Below, in pieces: positions 11,433 through 17,782 of a stretch of 21,624 nucleotides of DNA (position 1 is its first letter; each line of letters opens with the position of its first letter). This stretch comes from Chlamydiota bacterium (GTDB lineage: Bacteria; Auribacterota; JACPWU01). The notes under the pieces are model-generated. The model had not been told where the DNA came from, searched no databases, and saw only the letters and a program-made list of their open reading frames with translations. Made by a program: the position numbers and the translations under genes. The stretch spans positions 1-21,624 of the forward strand of contig JACPWU010000045.1 of NCBI GenBank assembly GCA_016196885.1. The letters run 5' to 3'.

Positions 11433-12699
11433 ATGGATTCGTGAAAATTTCCAAGAAGCTTTAACTTCCTTGCGCAAAAAATCCCCCTCTCTTGACCTAG
11501 ACGATTTTATGCGTCTGGATGATGAAAGGCGAGAAGACCTTAAAGTCTTGGAGAATCTCCGCTCTGAAATGAACAAATCCGCCAAGGAAATTGGTCTCCT
11601 AAAAGGTCAGGGGAAAGACGTTTCGGACAAAATGGAAGCCACAAAATCGCTTTCCCAAAAAATTAAGGATTTTGAGTCAAAAGTGGTAGAGTTAGATCAA
11701 ATTATACATTCAAAACTACTTAATATCCCAAATAAACCTCATTCCACAGTCCCTTTTGGAACAGGGGATGAGCAGAATGTAGAGGTGAGAAGTTGGGGAA
11801 ATAAACCTGAGTTTGACTTTAAAATCCTTCCTCATTGGGAAGTGGGAGAGAATTTGGGCATTTTAGATTTTAAAAGGGCTTCTAAAATTTCAGGAACCGG
11901 TTTTATTGTTTTTCGGGGTTTGGGGGCGAAACTTGAGCGGGCCTTGATTCAATTCATGATTGATCTACATTGTCAGTCCCACGGCTACGAAGAGGTATCC
12001 ACCCCTTTTGTGGTGAATCGCAAAAGCATGACCGGAACGGGTCAACTTCCCAAACTTGAGAAAGACATGTATTGTCTGGAGGAGGATGATCTTTTTCTTA
12101 TTCCGACGGCCGAGGTTCCTGTCACCAACCTTTTCATGGATGAAATGCTTGAAGAAAAGGATTTGCCTATCGGACTAGTGGCCTACAGCCCTTGCTTCAG
12201 GAGAGAGGCAGGCTCTTATGGAAAGGACACGCGGGGCATGATCCGTGTCCATCAATTCGATAAAGTGGAAATGGTTCGTTTTGTTCAGCCTGAAAAATCC
12301 TATGATGAATTGGAAAAGTTGGTCGGTCATGCTGAAGAAGTGCTTCAAAAATTAGGCCTTCATTATCGGGTGAAACTTCTTTGCTCCGGGGATTTGAGTT
12401 TTTCCGCCGCCAAATGCTATGACTTAGAGGTTTGGGCCCCGGCGCAAGAGCGGTATTTGGAGGTTTCTTCTTGCAGCAATTTTGAGGACTTCCAAGCCCG
12501 GCGTGCAAATATCAAATACCGACGAATGACGAACGACGGGCGGCGAACGACAGAATATGTTCACACCCTTAATGGCTCTGGCATTGCCTTGGCCAGAACC
12601 GTCGTTGCCATTCTCGAAAATTTTCAAACACGGGACGGAAAAATTAAAATCCCTTCTGTTCTGGTCCCTTACATGGGTGGCATGACTCAAATCGGTTAA
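11419..12699 (+). CDS. serS: Seryl-tRNA synthetase
   Basis: N-terminus [12 protein letters not shown], class II motif 2 [26 protein letters not shown], and motif 3 [22 protein letters not shown] prefer the ATG at 11419 over the ORF-track start at 11389. It overlaps the gyrA end by 14 nt. Confidence 0.95.
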   Translation: MLELKWIRENFQEALTSLRKKSPSLDLDDFMRLDDERREDLKVLENLRSEMNKSAKEIGLLKGQGKDVSDKMEATKSLSQKIKDFESKVVELDQIIHSKLLNIPNKPHSTVPFGTGDEQNVEVRSWGNKPEFDFKILPHWEVGENLGILDFKRASKISGTGFIVFRGLGAKLERALIQFMIDLHCQSHGYEEVSTPFVVNRKSMTGTGQLPKLEKDMYCLEEDDLFLIPTAEVPVTNLFMDEMLEEKDLPIGLVAYSPCFRREAGSYGKDTRGMIRVHQFDKVEMVRFVQPEKSYDELEKLVGHAEEVLQKLGLHYRVKLLCSGDLSFSAAKCYDLEVWAPAQERYLEVSSCSNFEDFQARRANIKYRRMTNDGRRTTEYVHTLNGSGIALARTVVAILENFQTRDGKIKIPSVLVPYMGGMTQIG

Positions 12700-12741
12700 T
12701 AGAAATCAAAATGACAATGCAAATATCAAATCTCCTATTAT

Positions 12742-12770
12742 TTGACATCCCCTTTTCTAAATGTTATTTT
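12742..12770 (+). promoter_or_regulatory. Sigma70-like promoter for the first PilZ gene
   Basis: TTGACA (12742-12747), a 17-nt spacer, then TATTTT (12765-12770), about 30 nt upstream of the ATG at 12802. Confidence 0.5.
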
Positions 12771-12801
12771 AAATCTGGAGAGAGGTTTGACGGGGGAATC
12801 C

Positions 12802-13167
12802 ATGTCTATGTTTGCACATCGGGAAAAGAGGGCTCATCCCAGAATCCCCTTTTGGACCAAGGTTAAAGTTCATTGGGCGCATCCTCAAAATGGCTATGTC
12901 GAGTCAGAAACGCTGGGTGTAGAGAACATCAGCCCTGGCGGTATTTTGGTGGAAACCTCAAAGGCCTATCCTGTAAATATTCCGTGTGAAGTTTTCGTAC
13001 GGAAGGACTCTCATTCTGATGAAATCATTCTCCCGGGAACGGTGATCAGATCTGTTTCGAGTCGCAGGGGATCTTTTTTTGACACGGGCATCTCTTTTCC
13101 CACTCTGTCTCCAGAGCAAAAAGTTTCCCTGGACGAAATCATCAAGTTGTATACCTCGGCATCTTAA
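12802..13167 (+). CDS. Single-domain PilZ protein (putative c-di-GMP receptor)
   Basis: RxxxR (RAHPR) and (D/N)xSxxG (NISPGG) motifs at the expected spacing. About 121 aa. The ATG at 12802 is preceded by GGGGG. The ORF-track start at 12742 lies inside the promoter. Confidence 0.8.
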   Translation: MSMFAHREKRAHPRIPFWTKVKVHWAHPQNGYVESETLGVENISPGGILVETSKAYPVNIPCEVFVRKDSHSDEIILPGTVIRSVSSRRGSFFDTGISFPTLSPEQKVSLDEIIKLYTSAS

Positions 13168-13267
13168 AAGCAGGGATTAGGGCATAGGGCTTAGGGAAAA
13201 GAAAATAAATAAAAAAACCCTCCTTACTCCCTAAACCCTACACCCTATGCCCTAATCCCTGCTTTTT
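13166..13267 (+). repeat. Palindromic AGGGNNN-heptad element, copy 1 (hairpin and G-quadruplex motif)
   Basis: A 20-bp perfect stem joins 13170-13189 to 13243-13262, extended by an A4/T4 pairing. A further 6 bp form after a 7-nt bulge. The + strand carries GGG at 13173, 13180, 13187 and 13194 (G3N4G3N4G3N4G3). The right arm carries repeated CCC tracts. A T5 run follows. Confidence 0.85.
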
Positions 13268-13270
13268 AAA

Positions 13271-13357
13271 GGAGGCGTGGCAGAGCGGCCGATTGCACCA
13301 GTCTTGAAAACTGGAGCATCCGTAAGGGTGCCAGAGGTTCAAATCCTCTCGCCTCCG
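13271..13357 (+). tRNA. tRNA-Ser (anticodon UGA)
   Basis: Hand-folded cloverleaf: acceptor GGAGGCG/CGCCTCC, 3-bp D stem, anticodon stem CCAGT/ACTGG with loop CTTGAAA, long variable arm (GCATCC-GTAA-GGGTGC), T arm AGAGG-TTCAAAT-CCTCT, discriminator G. CCA is not encoded. Confidence 0.95.
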
Positions 13358-13445
13358 AATCCTATTTTGCTCCAAGGTGAATTTAGGCTTTAAAGAGTAA
13401 GGAAGGGAGTTGTGTACAGAGAGAAGGTTTAATTAAATAATTTTT

Positions 13446-14048
13446 ATGGCGACAAAAATTGATTTAGTAAAAGAAGACAAAACATATTTTACGGCCAAGA
13501 CAAACCCGCAGATTATTGAATTTCCAAAAGTTTCTTACCTGGCAATTGAAGGAAAGGGTGAGCCGGCAGGCAAGGCATTTATCGAAGCAGTTCAAGCCCT
13601 TTATCCCCTTACCTATGGCGTAAAAGGTTTATGCAAAAAAGAAGGCAGAGATTTTGGCGTTGCAAAACTGGAAGGTCTTTGGTGGGTAAAATCAAACAGG
13701 CCAGCATTGGAAGTTCCTCGTAAAGAATGGTATTGGAAACTACTGATTCGTCTACCTGATTTTGTTACTTCTGAAATTGTAGATAAAGCGAAGCAGGAAG
13801 TTATAAAAAAGAAAGGAATTGATTTGCTCAAAGAAATTAGGTTCGAGCAAATATCTGAAGGGAAATGTGTTCAAGTGTTACACGTTGGCCCATACTCAAC
13901 CGAACCTGAAACGATTGAAAAAATGAAAAAGATGATGAAGGAAAATGATTTAACCGAAAACGGTTTTCATCACGAAATTTACTTATCTGACCCAAGAAAA
14001 ACACCTTCACAAAAAATGAAAACTATTTTAAGACAACCTGTAAAATAA
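13446..14048 (+). CDS. GyrI-like (SbmC/AraC effector-binding fold) small-molecule-binding domain protein
   Basis: About 200 aa with the recognisable family C-terminus (VQVLHVGPYSTEPETI...HHEIYLSDPRKTPSQKMKTILRQPV). The gene is visibly more AT-rich than the core genes. Confidence 0.75.
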   Translation: MATKIDLVKEDKTYFTAKTNPQIIEFPKVSYLAIEGKGEPAGKAFIEAVQALYPLTYGVKGLCKKEGRDFGVAKLEGLWWVKSNRPALEVPRKEWYWKLLIRLPDFVTSEIVDKAKQEVIKKKGIDLLKEIRFEQISEGKCVQVLHVGPYSTEPETIEKMKKMMKENDLTENGFHHEIYLSDPRKTPSQKMKTILRQPVK

Positions 14049-14067
14049 TATGCAATCAAAAAATTAG

Positions 14068-14295
14068 CGTTCATATACACACCGCCGTATACCACTCTAT
14101 ACAATCGTAAAATCAGTAAATACGTACTCTCAGAAAGAAATTGATTGGGTGGAGGAGCGGGAGGGCATTTTGTATGGGTATGAAATGAAATGGGGGAATA
14201 AAATGGTTCAACCTCCCTCCGATTGGAATAAGGCCTATCCTTCTGCACATTTTTCGGTTGTCAATTCAGATACCTTTCTCGAATTTATTGTATAA
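14068..14295 (+). pseudogene. 3' remnant of a DUF4143-type AAA ATPase gene (C-terminal nuclease-like module only)
   Basis: The frame opens after a TAG at 14065-14067 with no plausible start. It translates to ...YSQKEIDWVEEREGILYGYEMKWGNKMVQPPSDWNKAYPSAHFSVVNSDTFLEFIV*, which resembles the (E)IDxV...EhKW...YP...V C-terminus of that family. Compare AEIDLIIQRPGETDLLVEIKS in the intact paralog at 15860-17020. Confidence 0.5.
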
Positions 14296-14310
14296 TCTAA
14301 AAATTGAAAA

Positions 14311-14397
14311 GGAAGGGTGGCTGAGTGGTCGAAAGCGCGAGTCTCGAAAACTCGTGTTCCGCTTGCGGGACCGTGGGTTCGAATCCCACCCCTTCCG
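14311..14397 (+). tRNA. tRNA-Ser (anticodon CGA)
   Basis: Acceptor GGAAGGG/CCCTTCC, anticodon stem CGAGT/ACTCG with loop CTCGAAA, long variable arm, T arm GTGGG-TTCGAAT-CCCAC, discriminator G. A perfect TATAAT lies at 14291-14296, 14 nt upstream. Confidence 0.95.
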
Positions 14398-14449
14398 ATT
14401 TTGATATTTTATTTCACGCACTATCTTCTGTTTTTAAAGGAGCTAACAC

Positions 14450-14812
14450 ATGGCTTTATTCGTAAATAAAAAAGATGCAGTAGATCGCCGCAGGAAAGAC
14501 CGTGTGGGATTTCACGTTCCTATGAAGTTATGGATTTCATCTAGAATATCTCATTCGAATGAAGAAACTTTTGAAGTGATAGGAAAAAATATAAGCGAGG
14601 GAGGAATTCTCATTCAATCTTCCCAGAATTTTCCTCCCCTTTCTCCCTGTCGGTTAAGAATGCAAACAGCATTTAAACCAGAGGGTCTTTGGTTAGAGGG
14701 CATGATTGTTTGGACACAGCAGAATGAAGAAGATGGAATGTGGAAAATAGGTATTGCCTTTGTGAATCTTGGAAAAGAAGCAAGAGTTGTGCTTCGCAAA
14801 ATTGTGGCGTAA
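14450..14812 (+). CDS. Single-domain PilZ protein (putative c-di-GMP receptor), second copy
   Basis: RxxxR (RRKDR) and NISEGG motifs. 120 aa. An AAGGAG RBS lies 7 nt upstream of the ATG. It is strongly diverged from the first PilZ protein. Confidence 0.8.
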   Translation: MALFVNKKDAVDRRRKDRVGFHVPMKLWISSRISHSNEETFEVIGKNISEGGILIQSSQNFPPLSPCRLRMQTAFKPEGLWLEGMIVWTQQNEEDGMWKIGIAFVNLGKEARVVLRKIVA

Positions 14813-14824
14813 AATACAGGGACT

Positions 14825-14913
14825 AAAAGCAGGGATTAGGGTGTGGGGCTTAGGGATGTAAGGAAATTATTTATTTTCTTTTTCCCTAAACCCTATGCCC
14901 TAATCCCTGCTTT
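14825..14913 (+). repeat. Palindromic AGGGNNN-heptad element, copy 2, overall reverse-complement orientation relative to copy 1
   Basis: A 27-position stem joins 14829-14855 to 14884-14910: 23 Watson-Crick pairs, 3 G.U-compatible positions and 1 mismatch. The G4 motif is GGGATTAGGGTGTGGGGCTTAGGG. The core atgtAAGGaaattatttattttcttttt is the reverse complement of the copy-1 core. Confidence 0.85.
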
Positions 14914-14917
14914 AAAA

Positions 14918-15005
14918 GGAGAGGTCGCATAGCGGTCGAGTGCGCACGCTTGGAAAGCGTGTATACCGCAAGGTATCGAGGGTTCGAATCCCTCCCTCTC
15001 CGCCA
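14918..15005 (+). tRNA. tRNA-Ser (anticodon GGA), CCA encoded
   Basis: Acceptor GGAGAGG/CCTCTCC, anticodon stem CACGC/GCGTG with loop TTGGAAA, long variable arm (ATACC-GCAA-GGTAT), T arm GAGGG-TTCGAAT-CCCTC, discriminator G followed by CCA. Confidence 0.95.
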
Positions 15006-15069
15006 ATTGGAAAATGTCTTTGTTGGCTCGCCCTCTGCGAGGGCTCGCCAGCCGATTTTAAGCGCAAAT

Positions 15070-15621
15070 ATGAATAAAATTAATCTCAGCGATTTTTCAT
15101 CAACGGATACCAAGATTAAATATGCTTGCGCAAAACAAACAATTGCCATCTCAAAGGACAACCCGTCAGAGCTTTATCCTGATTTTGATTTTTTTGCGAA
15201 GCTTCTTGATAGTCCAAACAGTATATTTAAATGGACAGCGATTCAAATAATCGGATATTTATCTCGCGTTGATAAAAAGAAAAAAGTTGATAAATTACTG
15301 CCCCGACTTATTGATTTTTTGAACGGTGGCAAAATGATTACTGCTAATAACACAATTCTATGTCTGTCGGAGATTGCTTTGAACAAACCTGAATATCAGG
15401 ATAGAATTATTAACGAACTGCTAAAAATTGAAAACTACGATTACGAAACAGCCGAATGTAGAAATATCGCTTTAGGAAAGGTGATATTGGCTTTGGGGAA
15501 GTTTAAGGGTCAGATTAAGAATAAAAAAGAGGTATTGAATTTTCTTGAAAAACAAACCGGGAATACCAGAAATGCAACCAAGAAAAAAGCGCATGAATTG
15601 TTAGGCAAGCTCAAAAAATAA
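15070..15621 (+). CDS. Hypothetical alpha-helical (HEAT/ARM-like repeat) protein
   Basis: I place the start at the ATG at 15070 (MNKINLSDF...), because the ORF-track start at 14950 lies inside the tRNA. The gene is AT-rich and Lys-rich, and the repeat-like helices suggest a HEAT-like fold. The function is unknown. Confidence 0.55.
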   Translation: MNKINLSDFSSTDTKIKYACAKQTIAISKDNPSELYPDFDFFAKLLDSPNSIFKWTAIQIIGYLSRVDKKKKVDKLLPRLIDFLNGGKMITANNTILCLSEIALNKPEYQDRIINELLKIENYDYETAECRNIALGKVILALGKFKGQIKNKKEVLNFLEKQTGNTRNATKKKAHELLGKLKK

Positions 15622-15638
15622 AAGAATTTGCCGCCAAA

Positions 15639-15794
15639 CCGAGCAAATCTCGGAGTTCCGCTAAAAGCGGAACTAAAAACTTGAAATCGTCTAATCCGAA
15701 AGGGTTGCTTCCGCAGGCGGGCGGAAGGGGGGTTTGCGGGGAATTCCGCCCGCCCTACAAATTTTGGGTGAAATCTGTTCGAATTTTTTCGAAC
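15639..15794 (+). other. Unusually GC-rich structured spacer: four consecutive hairpins, two of them mutually exclusive
   Basis: CCGAG/CTCGG joins 15639-15643 to 15649-15653. AGTTCCGCT/AGCGGAACT joins 15654-15662 to 15666-15674. CTTCCGC/GCGGAAG (15708-15714 to 15721-15727) competes with GGCGGGCGGAA/TTCCGCCCGCC (15716-15726 to 15744-15754). GTTCGAA-TTTT-TTCGAAC lies at 15777-15794. Confidence 0.45.
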
Positions 15795-15822
15795 GCACAC
15801 CGCCAGTTAGAAAAGGTTGTGA

Positions 15823-15851
15823 TTGACATCGCTCCGAATATATCGGATAAT
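15823..15851 (+). promoter_or_regulatory. Sigma70-like promoter immediately upstream of the AAA ATPase gene
   Basis: TTGACA (15823-15828), a 17-nt spacer, then GATAAT (15846-15851). The ATG at 15860 lies only 8 nt after the -10 element. Confidence 0.5.
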
Positions 15852-15859
15852 TTCGGAGT

Positions 15860-17020
15860 ATGATCCGTAGATTGCAAAACCTTCATGAAAACAATAGCTT
15901 TTTCCTGTTCGGTGCTAGGGGAACTGGGAAAACGACGCTTTTGGAACAACATTTCTCCAAGAAGGATGCTCTTTGGATTGACCTCCTTACGGATGCCGAT
16001 GAAGAGCGTTATGGCCGCCATCCCGATGAACTCATTCGCGTTCTGGCTACAAAAAAGTATCGGCGGGTAGTGATCGACGAGGTTCAAAAGGCACCCAAAA
16101 TTTTGGATGTTATTCACCATGAAATGGAGAAAAACAAGGCCATCCAATTTATTTTAACGGGCTCCAGCGCCAGAAAACTGAAGAGGGGAGCTTCCAATCT
16201 CTTGGCGGGGCGTGCCTTCACTTACCATCTTTTCCCCTTGGTGCACGCGGAGTTGGGCGAGGCTTTTCATCTCCGTGACGCCCTAACCTTTGGAACTTTG
16301 CCTAAACTTTTGGAGTATTCCGCTCCGGAGGAGAAAAATGATTTTCTACGTGCCTATGTCAAAAACTACTTGAGGGAAGAAATTCAAATCGAACAGTTGA
16401 TAAGACAATTGAATCCCTTCAGGAATTTTCTGGAAATTGCTGCGCAAGGCAATGGGACCATTATCAATTTTTCCAGAATTGCGAGAGAGGCTGGTATCGA
16501 TGACAAGACGGTTGCCAACTATTTTTCTATTTTGGAAGACACCTTGATTGGGGTTTTACTGCCCCCCTTTCATCGTTCCGTTCGTAAACAGCAGAGGGAA
16601 TCCCCAAAATTTTATTTCTTCGATACGGGTGTGGTTCGTGCCCTCGCTGGAACATTAAGAGTGGAACTTCTCCCTCAAACCTTCGCTTTTGGGAATGCCT
16701 TTGAACATTGGGTGATCCTGGAGTGTTTTCGTTTCAATGAGTATAAAAAATTAGATTATAAATTTTCTTATTTGATGACAAAAGACAACGCCGAAATTGA
16801 TCTTATCATACAACGTCCCGGAGAGACCGACTTGCTTGTGGAAATAAAATCGACCCATCGTGTGATGGGGGAGCATCTTTATTCCCTGAAGCGATTTCAA
16901 AAGGATTGGGATTGTACCTGCGAGGCCCAAGTTTGGTCATTGGACCCCCTGGAGAAAAATATCGATGGCGTGGTCTGTCTCTATTGGCAAACCGCGATGC
17001 AGAAATATTTCGGGGTGTAG
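15860..17020 (+). CDS. AAA ATPase of the AAA_14 + DUF4143 family
   Basis: Walker A GARGTGKTTLL and Walker B RRVVIDEVQK, then the DUF4143 region and a C-terminal nuclease-like module (EIDLII....LVEIKS). Confidence 0.85.
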   Translation: MIRRLQNLHENNSFFLFGARGTGKTTLLEQHFSKKDALWIDLLTDADEERYGRHPDELIRVLATKKYRRVVIDEVQKAPKILDVIHHEMEKNKAIQFILTGSSARKLKRGASNLLAGRAFTYHLFPLVHAELGEAFHLRDALTFGTLPKLLEYSAPEEKNDFLRAYVKNYLREEIQIEQLIRQLNPFRNFLEIAAQGNGTIINFSRIAREAGIDDKTVANYFSILEDTLIGVLLPPFHRSVRKQQRESPKFYFFDTGVVRALAGTLRVELLPQTFAFGNAFEHWVILECFRFNEYKKLDYKFSYLMTKDNAEIDLIIQRPGETDLLVEIKSTHRVMGEHLYSLKRFQKDWDCTCEAQVWSLDPLEKNIDGVVCLYWQTAMQKYFGV

Positions 17021-17064
17021 GTCATAAAAATGCAAAACCTATACCATACTCACAAGCTTACTCC

Positions 17065-17093
17065 TTGCAAATTCTGAAGTGAAAAGATATCAT
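17065..17093 (+). promoter_or_regulatory. Possible promoter of the NusG-paralog gene
   Basis: TTGCAA (17065-17070), a 17-nt spacer, then TATCAT (17088-17093). Confidence 0.35.
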
Positions 17094-17125
17094 CCTGCCT
17101 GGGGTTTCTAAAAAAGGGGGGGGCC

Positions 17126-17719
17126 ATGGCCGAGACGGTTGCCTACCAGTCTTTCACACGACAAGAACTTGATTCGAAAGAAGCATGGGATTTCTCGTTG
17201 AATGAGCTTCGGTCTGAGGAAAAATGGGTACTCCCCCAATGGTTTATCCTCTATACGCGGTCTCGACATGAGAAATTTTTGGAGCTTCAGCTTCGAAGAA
17301 GAGAAATAGAAACCTTCCTTCCACTTCGTAAAATTCAAAGGGAATGGTCTGATCGTCGGGTGACGATTGAAGAGCCTTTGTTTAGAGGTTACATTTTTGT
17401 TCATATTCCCCTTTATCAGAAGGAGAGAGTCCTCAATTTGAAAGGTGCTGTCCGTTTGGTGGGTTCCTCTTCGGGCCCCATTCCTGTAGAAGCGTCTCAG
17501 ATGATGGCGGTCAAACGCTTTATGGAAGAAGAAATCGTGGTGGATCCCTATCCTTATTTAAGAGTCGGAGAGATGGTTCGCGTAAAAGGAGGTCCTTTTA
17601 AAGGTGTGGAAGGATTTATTGTTCGCAAGGATAAAAGGTGTCGCTTGGTGATTTCCTTTAATTTAATTATGAAGTCGGTTTCGATAGAAATGGATGAAGC
17701 TTGGGTGGAGCCGCTTTAG
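17126..17719 (+). CDS. NusG/RfaH-family paralog (UpxY-like transcription antiterminator: NGN + KOW)
   Basis: NGN signature WFILYTRSRHEKFLELQL...FLPL...EPLFRGYIFV and KOW motif GEMVRVKGGPFKGVEGFIV. A roughly 36-aa N-terminal extension precedes the NGN domain. Confidence 0.8.
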   Translation: MAETVAYQSFTRQELDSKEAWDFSLNELRSEEKWVLPQWFILYTRSRHEKFLELQLRRREIETFLPLRKIQREWSDRRVTIEEPLFRGYIFVHIPLYQKERVLNLKGAVRLVGSSSGPIPVEASQMMAVKRFMEEEIVVDPYPYLRVGEMVRVKGGPFKGVEGFIVRKDKRCRLVISFNLIMKSVSIEMDEAWVEPL

Positions 17720-17736
17720 AAAAGCAGTTGTGGGGG

Positions 17737-17782
17737 GTGAGTCGTGAGTAAAAATAAAATACCTTTAAAACTCACGACTCAC
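17737..17782 (+). terminator. 13-bp perfect hairpin with heptad-word arms downstream of the NusG paralog
   Basis: GTGAGTC GTGAGT (17737-17749) pairs with ACTCACG ACTCAC (17770-17782). The loop aaaaataaaatacctttaaa is the inverted AAGG/T-rich core. No T-run follows, so its terminator activity is uncertain. Confidence 0.45.

Noticed and set aside
13166-13267. TTAGGG/CCCTAAA units suggested telomere repeats, and the periodic repeats suggested a CRISPR array
   Set aside because: The units are internal to a chromosome-type gene context and arranged as an inverted repeat. With 7-nt units and no spacers they are far too short for CRISPR, and there are no cas genes in the window.
13446-14048. A functional link between the GyrI-like gene and the nearby gyrB/gyrA genes
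   Set aside because: GyrI-like domains are mostly generic small-molecule-binding modules. The gene sits in an AT-rich islet separated from the gyrase genes by serS, a PilZ gene and a tRNA. Nothing in the sequence supports gyrase inhibition.
14886-15161. A 91-aa - strand ORF, and the 5' extension (14950-15069) of the + strand ORF, both crossing tRNA-Ser(GGA)
   Set aside because: Both run through a well-folded tRNA gene. The + strand gene has a proper internal ATG at 15070.
15510-15863. ORFs 15510-15800 (-) and 15681-15863 (+) in the GC-rich spacer
   Set aside because: Their translations are Arg/Gly/Pro-rich products of the hairpin repeats. They have no RBS and overlap the promoter of the ATPase gene, so I treat the region as structured non-coding DNA.
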